Shown here one piece after another: positions 21,669 through 31,728 of a DNA stretch of 64,000 nucleotides (positions are counted from its first letter, which is position 1; each line of letters begins with the position of its first letter). Location of the stretch: NCBI GenBank assembly GCA_963708185.1, contig OY970195.1:928001-992000 (forward strand), in the 5' to 3' direction. Made by a program: the position numbers and the translations under genes. A model generated the notes under the pieces. That model worked only from the letters and a program-made list of their open reading frames with translations. It was not told where the DNA came from and ran no database searches. Origin of the DNA: Candidatus Peregrinibacteria bacterium (GTDB taxonomy: Bacteria > Patescibacteriota > Gracilibacteria > UBA1369).

Positions 21669-23030
21669 ATGAAAATCACAGTATTCGGATGCGGGTACGT
21701 TGGCCTGACCACCGCCGTGGGGCTTGCCGAAATGGGCAACACCGTCCTGGGCATCGACGTGGACAAGGAAAAAATCGCGATGCTCCGCGAAGGTCTCGTT
21801 CCTTTTTACGAACCCGGTCTTCAGGAGATGCTGCTGCGGCAGATCAGCGAAGGGCGCCTCGCGTTTTCCACCGACGCGAAACTCGGCATCGAATCGTCTT
21901 CGCTCATTTTCAGTGCGGTGGGCACGCCGCCGTTGAAAGATCATTATGCGGATTTAAGCGCCGTTCTCCATGTGGCGGAACAGTTCGCTGATTATGCCCG
22001 CGGAGAAAAGATTTTCGTCAACAAATCCACCGTTCCCATCGGAACGAGCAGCAAAATCCTCAACATTATCCGTAAAAAGATGTCTGACAAGGATCGTTTT
22101 TTTGTGGTCTCGAACCCTGAATTTTTACGGGAAGGCACGGCGCTCAAAGATTTTTTTGAACCTGACCGCATCGTGGTGGGCATTGATGAAAAAGACCCCC
22201 TGCCGCGCCAAATCATGAAAAAACTTTATCGTCCGATGGTGGAAAAAGGTGTTCCTTTGCTCTTTACCGACATCCGCAGCGCCGAAGTCATCAAATACGC
22301 TTCGAACGCTTTTCTGGCGACCCGGCTTTCCTTCATCAACGAGCTCGCCAACTTCTGCGAAAAAGCCGGCGCGGATATCCAGAACGTCCGCAAAGGCGTG
22401 GGCATGGACAAGCGCATCGGCACGCACTTCTTCCAACCCGGGATAGGATTCGGCGGATCGTGCCTTCCCAAGGATCTCAACGCACTCATCGAGATCGGTA
22501 AACTTCATGGATTTGACTTTCAGCTTCTGGAAGCCGCGCAAAGCGTCAACCTCCGGCAACCGCTGCGCATCATCGACAATCTGCACAAGGTTTTCTCTTC
22601 CCTGAAGGGAAAAACGCTCGGCGTCTGGGGAACCTCCTTCAAACCGAATACCGACGACCTCCGTGACGCCCCTTCGCTGGCCATCCTTCAGCAGCTGGTG
22701 CGGGAAGGCGCGAAAATTCAGGTATATGATCCGGTCTCTCTCCCAAAACTCCAGCAGCTTTTCGGGAAAAAACTGACGTACTGCAAAAATTATTACAGTG
22801 CGCTCAAAGAGTCATCCGCCTTGCTCGTACTTACGGAATGGGACGAGTTCAGAAATCCGGATTTTGCCCGCATGAAGTCATTTATGCGCAAATATTACAT
22901 CTTTGACGGACGTAATATCTTTGACCGGGAAGAGGTTGAAAAACAGGGATTCAGCTATTACGGCATCGGAAGTTTATCTCCACAGCGCAAACTGAAATCC
23001 AAACGCTCACGCGTCAAATTGGGGTTGTAG
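21669..23030 (+). CDS. ugd: UDP-glucose 6-dehydrogenase
   Basis: GCGYVG, KSTVPIGT, NPEFLREG, GFGGSCLPKD, FKPNTDDLR. Confidence 0.93.
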   Translation: MKITVFGCGYVGLTTAVGLAEMGNTVLGIDVDKEKIAMLREGLVPFYEPGLQEMLLRQISEGRLAFSTDAKLGIESSSLIFSAVGTPPLKDHYADLSAVLHVAEQFADYARGEKIFVNKSTVPIGTSSKILNIIRKKMSDKDRFFVVSNPEFLREGTALKDFFEPDRIVVGIDEKDPLPRQIMKKLYRPMVEKGVPLLFTDIRSAEVIKYASNAFLATRLSFINELANFCEKAGADIQNVRKGVGMDKRIGTHFFQPGIGFGGSCLPKDLNALIEIGKLHGFDFQLLEAAQSVNLRQPLRIIDNLHKVFSSLKGKTLGVWGTSFKPNTDDLRDAPSLAILQQLVREGAKIQVYDPVSLPKLQQLFGKKLTYCKNYYSALKESSALLVLTEWDEFRNPDFARMKSFMRKYYIFDGRNIFDREEVEKQGFSYYGIGSLSPQRKLKSKRSRVKLGL

Positions 23031-26000
23031 TAAGGATCGCCTTTCTTCATGAGATCTTCGTATTTGTTTTTCATATACTGGACCTCTTTCATGTTTACGT
23101 CGTAACCGCGACTCAATGATTCGTGGTGGTAGAGCGATGCATAAGCCGTGTAGACGACGAGATATCCTTTCTGACGCAATCTAAGGCAGAAATCCACGTC
23201 GTTAAAAGCCACGGCGAGGTTCTGTTCATCCAACCCCTTCAACTCCTCATAAACGCTTTTTCTGACCATGACGCAGGCGGCGGTTACCGCACTGTAATTC
23301 TTGATAACGTCAACCTGTCCGAAGTATCCGTGGTCATGATTGTTGTGTCTGCTAAAGGCGTGGTTGGCGACACCACCCACACCGACGAGAACTCCCGCAT
23401 GCTGAAGCGTGTTGTTCGGGTAGAGCAGTTTCGCCCCCACTGCACCGACTTCGCTGCGCTGGGCCTGTTCGAGCATGGCTTCGATCCATTCCGGCGTGAT
23501 GACTTCGGTATCGTTGTTGAGGAGGATCAAAATTTCCCCTTTGGCGTGCTGTACGGCAAAGTTGTTGATGGCCGCATAGTTGAACGGCTTATTATAGGGC
23601 AAAATCGTGATTCGCGGATCGCTTTCGACGGTTTTAAGATACTCCGCGGTTTCAAAAAGTTCGCTCTGGTTATCCACCAAAATGATTTCGTAATTTTTGT
23701 AGGTGGTCTTCTGGAAAATACTGGTGAGACAGGTTTCGAGGACGTCTTTTTTATCCTTGAACGGAATAATGATGCTGACGAGCGGCTCGTTTTTGATTTC
23801 GCGTTTTACGCGGTATGACCCCAGCCAGATGCCGTCTTCCACCTGCCCGTCGATGCTGCGGCGCTTCAAGGCGTCCTGCAAAGCTTTCTTGGCGGAGTCC
23901 ATGGCATATGGTTTGTACTGAATATTTTCCGCGGTCGATCCGGGAATTTTCCTCCAGTGATAAAGAATTTTCGGGATATGTCTGATGTTGTTGGTCTTTT
24001 CGGTAAAGCGCAGCACGAGGTCGTAATCCTGGCTTCCGTCAAACCCTTCTCGGAACCCTTTGATCTCATTGAGAATTTTCCTGCGATAGACCCCGAAGTG
24101 CGAAACATAGTTGCAGGAAAGGAGAAGATCGGGTGACCAGTCGGGTTTGAAGAAAGGTTCGCACCGGCTGTCGGAAAGATCGATCTTGTCTTCGTCGCTG
24201 TAGATGAGGTCGTATTTCGTTTCCTGAAGAACCTTCACCACTTCGTACAAAGCGTCAGGCGTGAGCTCGTCATCGTTGTCGAGTAAACCTACATAAGCGC
24301 CTTGCGCAAGCCCCAGCGCATCGTTGGACGCTTTGACGATTCCTCCGTTTTTGGAACGGAAGGTCAGGCGGATGCGGCGGTCTTCCATTGCGTACTTTTC
24401 GAGCAGAGGGCGGATGAAGCTTTCGGTGGATGCGTCGTCGCAAATGCAGAGCTCCCAGCGGGTGTAGGTCTGCTGTTTGACCGACGCAATGGCTTTGACA
24501 AGATACTCTTCGGCGACATTATAGACGGGCATGACGATGCTGATGACCGGCTTGTATTCAAACTTTTCGAGTTCTTCGGTCATACTGTTGAGTTCTTTTG
24601 GCGTGGGGGTGTTTTTCTGAATATACACCTCATACTGCTCGGGGAGCGCGCGCTCCGGCGTGCCGGATTTCACCCTGCGGTAGGTTCGTTTGAAAAATTC
24701 CGAAGGCCCGAGGGTCGAGAGAACCCGCAGTCCGTTTTTGGCGAGCTTAACCGGTTCGCTCCAAAGTTTCTTCTTCAGGACACCGTACATTTTTACGGCT
24801 TTCCAGGCCCTTGAATTGAGGATGCCTTCGAGTGATTTTTTATACTCCGCAAGCGCCACCGCGGTTTCCGCAAGGTCGCTTTGTTTTGCTTTGAGTTCGG
24901 CGCTTTTGCTTTTTAAAAGTTCTTCGTTGCTCCTGATGTATTTCTTGAGCATGACCAGTTCCGAACTGCCGGATTTCAATTCACCATCCTGCTTCCGGAT
25001 AAGCGTTTTCGCGTTATTGATCTCGCTGGCAAGCATGGCCTGCTGTTCTTCAAGCGTATTGACGCGGGAAACTTTCTGGTGATAGTTGGCCTGGAGCAAC
25101 GTGAGTGCCTGCTGGCGTTCCTGGAGCAGGCTGTAGAGTTCTTCGTTCTGATCGCGGAGTTCATTTTGCCGCTCCTTGAGTTCGGCCATCTTGTCACGCG
25201 CTGCCAGCATGGCGTCGGCCAGCGTATTGAGCTGTTTCTTGCGGCGATTGAGCATCTTGCGGTCTTCGGTGAAGGCGATCTTCATGGCATAGCAGAAGGT
25301 CTTCACCACGAACTTGTTCATGGCCGCGACGCCTTCGGTGATGGCGTTCCCTTTGAGCGTTTTTTCCTTGGATATGCAGAAAAAAGTACGATAGGTCGGT
25401 TCCTGGTAATTGCCGAGTTCGAGAAGGTTCTTATTGAAATATTCGCTGAAACCGGTGAATTCGTCGGCTCCTTTTTCACCCTGCTTTGCTCCGATGGCAA
25501 ATTGCTGGAGCGCCCAGTTGATGATGTTTCCTTCGCCCACCGTCATGTAGGCGAAACCTTTTTCCTTGAGAAAAGCCTCCACTTCGTGCGCTTCAGGAAG
25601 CCCTTTCTGACGATGCTCGTCGAGAAACGGATGTTTAATGCCGACGTTCTCGAGGAACTGCTGGGCGACCATGTTCTCGACATTTTCCACGAACTCTTTT
25701 CTGAAAGGTGCCCCTAAAATAACGTAGTTTTTACTGACGCGGCAAAGTTCATCGAGGACTTTCACGCGGTCTTCTTTGGCAATGTGTTCCATCAGGTCCG
25801 AAGCCAGGACGACTTCAAAACTGTTGTCGGGGAACGGCAGTTTGCGGGCGTCACCCTGAACATAATTTCCTTTTTCGAGACTGGCGTCTTCAGCGTCCCA
25901 CGGCTTCTGGTCAAGCACAATCAGTTTGTAGTCTTCGTTCAAAAACCACCCGAGTTTCCCTCCGAAACCGCCGACGTCAAGAACGTGGGTAGGCTTATTG

Positions 26001-26113
26001 AGACCGAACGCATCAAGGAGAAAAGCGATGGTTTTGTTGCGGGAGTAAAGGTCGGGAGAAAGTTTCAGGAGAGCGCTCTGCTCGTTGTTATTTTCCAAGG
26101 TGTTTTCAGCCAT
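22958..26113 (-). CDS. Multidomain protein: class I SAM methyltransferase + coiled coil + two GT2 domains (WsaE/WbdD-like)
   Basis: LDVGGFGG, GDARKLPFPDNSF, MEHI; heptad-rich region at ~aa 290-440; GT2 modules ISIVMPVYN..DDAS..LDNDD and VSIIIPFKD..DNQS..LNNDT. Confidence 0.88.
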   Translation of the reverse strand: MAENTLENNNEQSALLKLSPDLYSRNKTIAFLLDAFGLNKPTHVLDVGGFGGKLGWFLNEDYKLIVLDQKPWDAEDASLEKGNYVQGDARKLPFPDNSFEVVLASDLMEHIAKEDRVKVLDELCRVSKNYVILGAPFRKEFVENVENMVAQQFLENVGIKHPFLDEHRQKGLPEAHEVEAFLKEKGFAYMTVGEGNIINWALQQFAIGAKQGEKGADEFTGFSEYFNKNLLELGNYQEPTYRTFFCISKEKTLKGNAITEGVAAMNKFVVKTFCYAMKIAFTEDRKMLNRRKKQLNTLADAMLAARDKMAELKERQNELRDQNEELYSLLQERQQALTLLQANYHQKVSRVNTLEEQQAMLASEINNAKTLIRKQDGELKSGSSELVMLKKYIRSNEELLKSKSAELKAKQSDLAETAVALAEYKKSLEGILNSRAWKAVKMYGVLKKKLWSEPVKLAKNGLRVLSTLGPSEFFKRTYRRVKSGTPERALPEQYEVYIQKNTPTPKELNSMTEELEKFEYKPVISIVMPVYNVAEEYLVKAIASVKQQTYTRWELCICDDASTESFIRPLLEKYAMEDRRIRLTFRSKNGGIVKASNDALGLAQGAYVGLLDNDDELTPDALYEVVKVLQETKYDLIYSDEDKIDLSDSRCEPFFKPDWSPDLLLSCNYVSHFGVYRRKILNEIKGFREGFDGSQDYDLVLRFTEKTNNIRHIPKILYHWRKIPGSTAENIQYKPYAMDSAKKALQDALKRRSIDGQVEDGIWLGSYRVKREIKNEPLVSIIIPFKDKKDVLETCLTSIFQKTTYKNYEIILVDNQSELFETAEYLKTVESDPRITILPYNKPFNYAAINNFAVQHAKGEILILLNNDTEVITPEWIEAMLEQAQRSEVGAVGAKLLYPNNTLQHAGVLVGVGGVANHAFSRHNNHDHGYFGQVDVIKNYSAVTAACVMVRKSVYEELKGLDEQNLAVAFNDVDFCLRLRQKGYLVVYTAYASLYHHESLSRGYDVNMKEVQYMKNKYEDLMKKGDPYYNPNLTRERLDFSLRCGDKLPMP

Positions 26114-27293
26114 AATGTCGCCATGTAACAGGAAGTTCGATCAGCCCGTATTGATTTTCGCGGTTCCGTTCGACCGAAAATGTGTATCTTTTGTCGTGGT
26201 AGTCGTAGGGGCGGGTGCATGAAGAGTCAAAACAGGAAACTGTAAAGACATACCGTCCGCCGAGGAGCGTATTTGGATTGATGATGCAATCCAGATACCC
26301 GTCCCTTTTCACCTCTTCAATCGGATACTCGGAAGTTTTGGTGTTGGGGCCACTAATATGTACACCATCATCCCTATGGATGGCAATACCAAAAACCGGC
26401 TTTTTTACCGGTTTTTTAATTTTGTAAAAAATGCGCGCGGTGATGGAATCTCCGGTGCGGAAACTTGCCGTCTCCATGCCGTGATGATCAAAGAAACGGA
26501 CGTCGCTGATGAAGATGTCGGTATCGTCGTGGTTTTTATGGATTTCCTGGGGCTGGCTTTCGAGGTGAATTCGCCGGTGGTATTCATCGATGACCTTTTC
26601 GGCTTCCCCTCCTGCGACGACTTTTCCCTTTTCCAACAGGATCGCCTTCGTGCAGAACTGGGTGATGACCGCGGGATTGTGGCTCACCAATACGAGTGTT
26701 TTTCCCTGTTTCTTCCAGTCTTCAAAGACTTCGACGCACTTCTGCTGAAAGGCTTCGTCGCCCACGGCAAAGACTTCGTCGCAGAGGTAGATATCGGCGT
26801 CGGCCTCTTTGGCAATGGCGAACGCCAGCCGCGCCTGCATGCCCGAAGAAAAATTTTTCATCTTGAGATCGAGGAACTTTTTCACTTCGGCAAAAGCCAC
26901 GATGTCGTCGAACTTCTGCTGGATCTGTTTTTTGGTGAGGCCAAGGAGCGTGGCGTTGACGCGGATATTCTCGCGCGCGGTCAGTTCGGGCTGGAAGCCG
27001 ATGCCGAGTTCCAAAAACGGCGCGATCTCTCCGTTCACTTCCATCTTGCCGCTGTCCGGTTTATAGATTCCCGCCATCACTTTGAGCAACGTGCTTTTCC
27101 CGCTGCCGTTCTTGCCGATGATGCCGATAAAATCTCCCTTCCCCACCATGAGGTTGACGTTTTCAAGGGCCTTGAACTGTTCGAAGGTCCGTTTTTTCAA
27201 GAGTCCCAAAAAATTCTCCTTCAGGGTGTCGCGTTTTTCGTGAGGGAGCACGAATTTTTTTGAGATATCGGTGAGTTCGAGGGCCTGTTGCAT
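26106..27293 (-). CDS. wzt: Polysaccharide ABC exporter ATPase Wzt with C-terminal carbohydrate-binding (Wzt_C) domain
   Basis: GKNGSGKST, FSSGMQARLAF, DEVFAVGD, plus a ~140-aa Ig-like C-terminal extension. Confidence 0.92.
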   Translation of the reverse strand: MQQALELTDISKKFVLPHEKRDTLKENFLGLLKKRTFEQFKALENVNLMVGKGDFIGIIGKNGSGKSTLLKVMAGIYKPDSGKMEVNGEIAPFLELGIGFQPELTARENIRVNATLLGLTKKQIQQKFDDIVAFAEVKKFLDLKMKNFSSGMQARLAFAIAKEADADIYLCDEVFAVGDEAFQQKCVEVFEDWKKQGKTLVLVSHNPAVITQFCTKAILLEKGKVVAGGEAEKVIDEYHRRIHLESQPQEIHKNHDDTDIFISDVRFFDHHGMETASFRTGDSITARIFYKIKKPVKKPVFGIAIHRDDGVHISGPNTKTSEYPIEEVKRDGYLDCIINPNTLLGGRYVFTVSCFDSSCTRPYDYHDKRYTFSVERNRENQYGLIELPVTWRHYG

Positions 27294-27303
27294 AAGGAAA
27301 CAC

Positions 27304-28089
27304 TTATATTTTTTCTGCGATCTTCCCGGCTTGGGAATTAAAAATACTATACCCGAAGATAAAAATCACCACGGACATGAGGAGGATAACAAGGTTGAGT
27401 CCCAGATCCGGAATGTGGTGGCGGATGAAGATGTCACGGGAGTATTCGATAATGCGTGCCATCGGGTTCAGGAAAATATACCGGTGATATTGGACCGGGA
27501 CGATGGTAACCGGATAAATGATGGGCGTAAGCCAAAAACCGATCTGAAGAAGGATCTCCCAGATGTGTTGGAGATCGCGAAAATGAAGGTACAGCGCCGC
27601 GAGCAGAAGCGTCACTCCGGTGGCGATCATGTAGAGTTCAACGATGTAGATGATGAAAAAAAACGCCGATGCCTGGATGGCTACACCCGCAACGAACATG
27701 AAGACGAAAAAAATGATGAGATTCAGCAGCAGTGTGACCAGGCTCGAAAGCGTGCTCGCAAAAACGATGATGGAGCGCGGGAAATAAATCTTGGTGACGA
27801 GATCTCTCTTGGCGATAAGGCTGTTCATGCCGATGAGCGTGGCCTCGGAAAAAAAGTTCCACAAAATGATCCCAAGGAGCAAATAGACCGGATAGTTTTC
27901 GATCGGCGACTGCATGAAGACCGAGAACACGAGGTAGATCACGCCAAAGAGCAGCAGAGGTTTGATAAGCGTCCAGAAATAGCCCAAAAAAGAGTTCTGA
28001 TAGCGGAGTTTAAATTCGCTTTTGACGAGCTCGACGAGAATGCGCAGATGCTGCTTTTGGAACTTTTTGTGGAGATTTTTGGACCTCAT
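27304..28089 (-). CDS. wzm: Polysaccharide ABC exporter permease Wzm
   Basis: KLRYQNSFLGYFWTL, KIYFPR, FRDLQH, TPIIYP, LNPM; start uncertain. Confidence 0.92.
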   Translation of the reverse strand: MRSKNLHKKFQKQHLRILVELVKSEFKLRYQNSFLGYFWTLIKPLLLFGVIYLVFSVFMQSPIENYPVYLLLGIILWNFFSEATLIGMNSLIAKRDLVTKIYFPRSIIVFASTLSSLVTLLLNLIIFFVFMFVAGVAIQASAFFFIIYIVELYMIATGVTLLLAALYLHFRDLQHIWEILLQIGFWLTPIIYPVTIVPVQYHRYIFLNPMARIIEYSRDIFIRHHIPDLGLNLVILLMSVVIFIFGYSIFNSQAGKIAEKI

Positions 28090-28702
28090 GCCAGATGAGA
28101 AAGAGAGCGCCGATATTCGCGCAGAGGTAGAGCAAGCATAGCGCAATACCGACCCAAATTGGAAGGTTAAATCGGCTTGCGGAGGCGATTTGTTCTATGG
28201 CCTTATACAACGGCACGGTGCTCCTCACTTTCAGCACGGGCTGGCTTTGACTATTCAACCAGTACGTGATGCCGTTCTGCGGCGTTGCATCCTTGGAACT
28301 CAGGAGGAAGCACAGTTTTTGATCGGTAGAAATACCAGAAAAACCTATGGGAAAATAATCGTTATCCTTGACGCTGCCCGAAGGAAACTCATTTCGTGCA
28401 ATGATGTTTTTGGTATTGTCGCGCAGGGTAAAAATCTCGACCTGATTGGTGTTGGTATTTTGGCGATCGTAGGTGGCCAGAAGGATATCGATGCTCGTGA
28501 CGTTTTCAAATTTACCGTCGATGCACTGTTCCAGGGGAGTTTGGGTGGTTATCGGGTCGGCGGGGCGAAGCTCTCCGTCATTCGGCTGGACGTAGAGGGT
28601 GTAGGGAACAGGCAGGAACGTAAAAACCAACGCGGCGACCATGACGCTGAAAAGCGAGTATTTAAGCCAGTTCCCGGATTTTTCAGTGTGTTTTTTGAGC
28701 AT
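28010..28702 (-). CDS. Hypothetical membrane protein (TM - extracellular beta domain - TM)
   Basis: 230 aa ORF coupled to its neighbours, with hydrophobic segments at both ends. Confidence 0.65.
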   Translation of the reverse strand: MLKKHTEKSGNWLKYSLFSVMVAALVFTFLPVPYTLYVQPNDGELRPADPITTQTPLEQCIDGKFENVTSIDILLATYDRQNTNTNQVEIFTLRDNTKNIIARNEFPSGSVKDNDYFPIGFSGISTDQKLCFLLSSKDATPQNGITYWLNSQSQPVLKVRSTVPLYKAIEQIASASRFNLPIWVGIALCLLYLCANIGALFLIWHEVQKSPQKVPKAASAHSRRARQKRI

Positions 28703-30141
28703 CAGTAAAATTCAGGAATAATACGGAACATGATGGTGACAAAACCGCTGAAAACAAAAAACGTCATGATGATTTTCATCGCGGTGGAGAGATTTTTTTG
28801 TGAAACAAGATGCGCCAGTCCGCGGACAAAAAAATACATGAACGGTATCAGCGCCGAAAAAAGATATCTTCCCTGCAGGGCTCCTAAAAATCCACGTTCG
28901 CGGAAGATCTGGAAGAGTTCGTAACTCAAAGCCGCGGACACAAAAACAATAGGGAGGAGCATGGTCCATCCTTTCCAGCCCAGGATTTTTTTCCAAAGAT
29001 GTTTGCGGTTCTTTTTTTGGAACGATTCGGCGGCGAATTTTGTAAAACCCGCTGCGGAAGCCAATGTCAGCAATCCCACCACCGCATACTGCCAGGTGAA
29101 GAGACGGAAAAAGAACTGACCGAAAGCACCCCAGATATTTTTGTAGTATTCCCCCAGGAATCCCGCGCCGAAGAAAAATCCCCACACCGTAGCGTTTGGA
29201 AGCGCCAGGACGCCGCTGGCTTCGGGGAATATTTTGACGAGGTTCGGGTAGGCGGCCAGCAGCGCAGGATTTTTTGCCGCGTACGCACCGATATCCGGAA
29301 AGAGCATATGATACAACGCGATATTGCGGACGTACCACCAGGCGGCGATGGCAAACGCCGAGCCGAAAATAATGAGCTGATGCCGTACAAAATGCGCGAA
29401 ATCCTTCCGCGTTTTGCGCATGCGCAGATGTTTGACGATTTCGATGGTGAAGATGGAAACGTACAACGGCAATGCCGTGACCTTGGTCAAGGCCAGTAAT
29501 CCCAGGACGATGCCGGTCTGCAAACTCAGGCGGTGCGTGCGTTCGTCAAAATTCAACACCGAAAGATAAATGAGGATGCTGGAAAGCATGAAGACGAGAT
29601 TATCGTTGTTCATCAACGCGCTGATGGAAGAGAACATGGGCATAAAGGCAATGCCCACGAGAACGGTTTTCGTGACGATGCCTCCGGGGTTCGAGGGTCC
29701 GTCCGGCAAAAGCTGGTCGAGCGTTTTTTTGGCGTAGAACAGGGTGACACTGGCCATGATGATCGAGACGAGGCGCAAGATAAAAATGCACAGCAAAGGA
29801 TCATCCTGCGGCAGCAAAGCATACAAAGGCTCAAGACCAAGGTAGTAGAGCGGCGGGTGCTGGGCGATCCAGTTCAGGGCCAGCGAGCCCTTGTAGTAAT
29901 CGATTTCCTTGGCGGGATCCACGGGGCCGATGGCCTGGACGCGTTCGGAAAGGACGGTTTTCCCCAGGACTGGGAACCGGTGTTCGTAAAAAAGGCTTTC
30001 CACGTAGCCGTAATGTGCGATCTCATCCGGAGCCTGCCAGGGCGGCGTGAGGTATGACCACAGCAGTTCCTTGCAAAAAAATACCGCTATGAGCAGCCAA
30101 ATCCATGGAAGTTTCCTGAGTTTTTGAAAAAAAGCGGTCAT
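28702..30141 (-). CDS. GT-C fold (PMT_2/DUF2142-like) membrane glycosyltransferase
   Basis: PPWQAPDEIAH, QHPPLYY, NNDNL, LTK, QGRYLF motifs; many TM helices. Confidence 0.8.
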   Translation of the reverse strand: MTAFFQKLRKLPWIWLLIAVFFCKELLWSYLTPPWQAPDEIAHYGYVESLFYEHRFPVLGKTVLSERVQAIGPVDPAKEIDYYKGSLALNWIAQHPPLYYLGLEPLYALLPQDDPLLCIFILRLVSIIMASVTLFYAKKTLDQLLPDGPSNPGGIVTKTVLVGIAFMPMFSSISALMNNDNLVFMLSSILIYLSVLNFDERTHRLSLQTGIVLGLLALTKVTALPLYVSIFTIEIVKHLRMRKTRKDFAHFVRHQLIIFGSAFAIAAWWYVRNIALYHMLFPDIGAYAAKNPALLAAYPNLVKIFPEASGVLALPNATVWGFFFGAGFLGEYYKNIWGAFGQFFFRLFTWQYAVVGLLTLASAAGFTKFAAESFQKKNRKHLWKKILGWKGWTMLLPIVFVSAALSYELFQIFRERGFLGALQGRYLFSALIPFMYFFVRGLAHLVSQKNLSTAMKIIMTFFVFSGFVTIMFRIIPEFY

Positions 30142-30181
30142 GAAGCGGCGGAAATATCTGCATCATTCTGCCATATTTTCG

Positions 30182-30631
30182 CTAGAGCTTCAAATCCTTG
30201 AGCAGTTTGATGTTTCCTTCCTTTTTGGTCTGTTCGTAATAACGCCGGTCCGCAGTAATAAAATCTGTGTTATATGCTTTGGCCAGAGCGTGGTAGGCAG
30301 CATCGTAGAAAGAGACTTTCGGGTATTGATTTTTGATTTTCGCAGCTATTCCCATAAGGTCGGTATCGAGCGGAATAATACTTACCTGTCTTTCGGTAAA
30401 AGCAAGAAATGCATTTTCAGCTGTTTGCGTTTCTAATCCTCTTCCAACGATATTCATGAACTCATACCTGAAAATATCCGGAATCAGGATCGACAGTTCA
30501 TAATTATCTTTGAGATAATTCATTTTTTTTACCTTTTCTTCGCCATCCTCTTTCAGTATGGGTTTCAGAATAACGGATGTATCCACGACAAGAGTTTTGA
30601 TATTTTTCATGATTTTCAATAAAAGATTCAT
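30182..30631 (-). CDS. vapC: PIN domain (VapC-like) toxin
   Basis: VVDTSV, YEF, SFYDAAYHALA, ITAD acidic PIN residues. Confidence 0.88.
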   Translation of the reverse strand: MNLLLKIMKNIKTLVVDTSVILKPILKEDGEEKVKKMNYLKDNYELSILIPDIFRYEFMNIVGRGLETQTAENAFLAFTERQVSIIPLDTDLMGIAAKIKNQYPKVSFYDAAYHALAKAYNTDFITADRRYYEQTKKEGNIKLLKDLKL

Positions 30632-30889
30632 TTAATGGGACTTCCTGTCTTCCCTTACAAGCTCTACCGCGGTCTTCCCGCTTTTCCGTTTATATTTATT
30701 GGCAAGATTGTCCCAAAACTCATGGATTTCTTCCATTGTTACGACTTCGTGCGATTGAGCGCTGAGATTTTTGGTGATTGCTTCAGCAACAAACCTGCTT
30801 CTTTTGTTTTTTGGAACGGAGATTTCAAGTTTTTTCATGACAATTGCAGGAATTGAAAAAGTGACCCGTTTTACATTTCTTAAAGCCAT
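30632..30889 (-). CDS. Ribbon-helix-helix antitoxin (VapB-like)
   Basis: RVTFSIP...RSRFVAEAI pattern; stop codon abuts the vapC start. Confidence 0.8.
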   Translation of the reverse strand: MALRNVKRVTFSIPAIVMKKLEISVPKNKRSRFVAEAITKNLSAQSHEVVTMEEIHEFWDNLANKYKRKSGKTAVELVREDRKSH

Positions 30890-30898
30890 CTTGTTTAA

Positions 30899-30927
30899 AG
30901 TTATGTAACTATTGTTATGTAACTATT
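30899..30927. promoter_or_regulatory. Tandem palindromic operator of the TA module
   Basis: GTTATGTAACTATT twice in direct repeat, each containing the GTTA-TG-TAAC palindrome, ~10 bp upstream of the antitoxin ATG. Confidence 0.7.
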
Positions 30928-30976
30928 TTAAATCTTTTGATTTTGAAAAGCAAACGTTTTCCTTCATCATTGTTCC

Positions 30977-31681
30977 ATGAAACTTGCCGTCTGCATTCCG
31001 GCGTATAACGAGGAAAAAACCATAGGAGAGGTCATCAAGGCCGTTCCTCATACGATTGACGGTGTTCGTTCCGTGAAAATTTTCGTGGTGGACGATGGAT
31101 CGTCGGACAATACCGCCGAAAGAGCCCAGGAAGCCAGCAATGCCGTGGAGGTCGTACGCATCCACCCGAACAAAGGTCTGGCCAACGCTTTTGTCACGGG
31201 TATCCGCACAGCTTTGGAATGGGGCGCGGACCTTATGGTGAATATTGACGCCGACGGCCAGTACCGCGCCGAAGAGATCCCGGCTTTGATCGCTCCACTT
31301 CTTCACGATGAAGCAGACATGGTCATCGGCGACCGCCAGGTTCGTACGTTGCGCTTTATGCCGGTGAGTAAAAAATACGGAAATATCGTCGGCAGCTGGT
31401 TTTTACGAAGGCTGACCGGATCAAAAGTGCGTGACGCTTCGAGCGGGTTCCGGGCATATTCACGCAAGACCGCTGAAACCATCCGGATTCAATCCAGCCA
31501 TACCTACACCCATGAGAACCTCATTCAGGCACATTACCAGCACCTGCGCATCGCCCAGGTCCCGGTGACGTTCATTTCGAGGACAGACGGCACCTCTTCG
31601 CGGCTCATCCGAGGGGTTTTAAAGCATATTTTCAAGAGCTTACAGGGCATTTTTGCGGCCTGGCGACACTGGAGAGGGTGA
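30977..31681 (+). CDS. GT2 family, polyprenol-phosphate glycosyltransferase (DPM synthase-like)
   Basis: IPAYNEE, VDDGSSDNT, IDADGQY, DASSGFRAYS. Confidence 0.88.
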   Translation: MKLAVCIPAYNEEKTIGEVIKAVPHTIDGVRSVKIFVVDDGSSDNTAERAQEASNAVEVVRIHPNKGLANAFVTGIRTALEWGADLMVNIDADGQYRAEEIPALIAPLLHDEADMVIGDRQVRTLRFMPVSKKYGNIVGSWFLRRLTGSKVRDASSGFRAYSRKTAETIRIQSSHTYTHENLIQAHYQHLRIAQVPVTFISRTDGTSSRLIRGVLKHIFKSLQGIFAAWRHWRG

Positions 31682-31728
31682 TACGTTCTAAAACGGCTGA
31701 AAGCCCGTCTTCGTTGACGGTATTTTAT

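Noticed and set aside
22958-23030. 73-bp convergent overlap of ugd and the MTase-GT gene
   Set aside because: A short tail after the usual YYGIG end of Ugd; such overlaps are common in compact genomes
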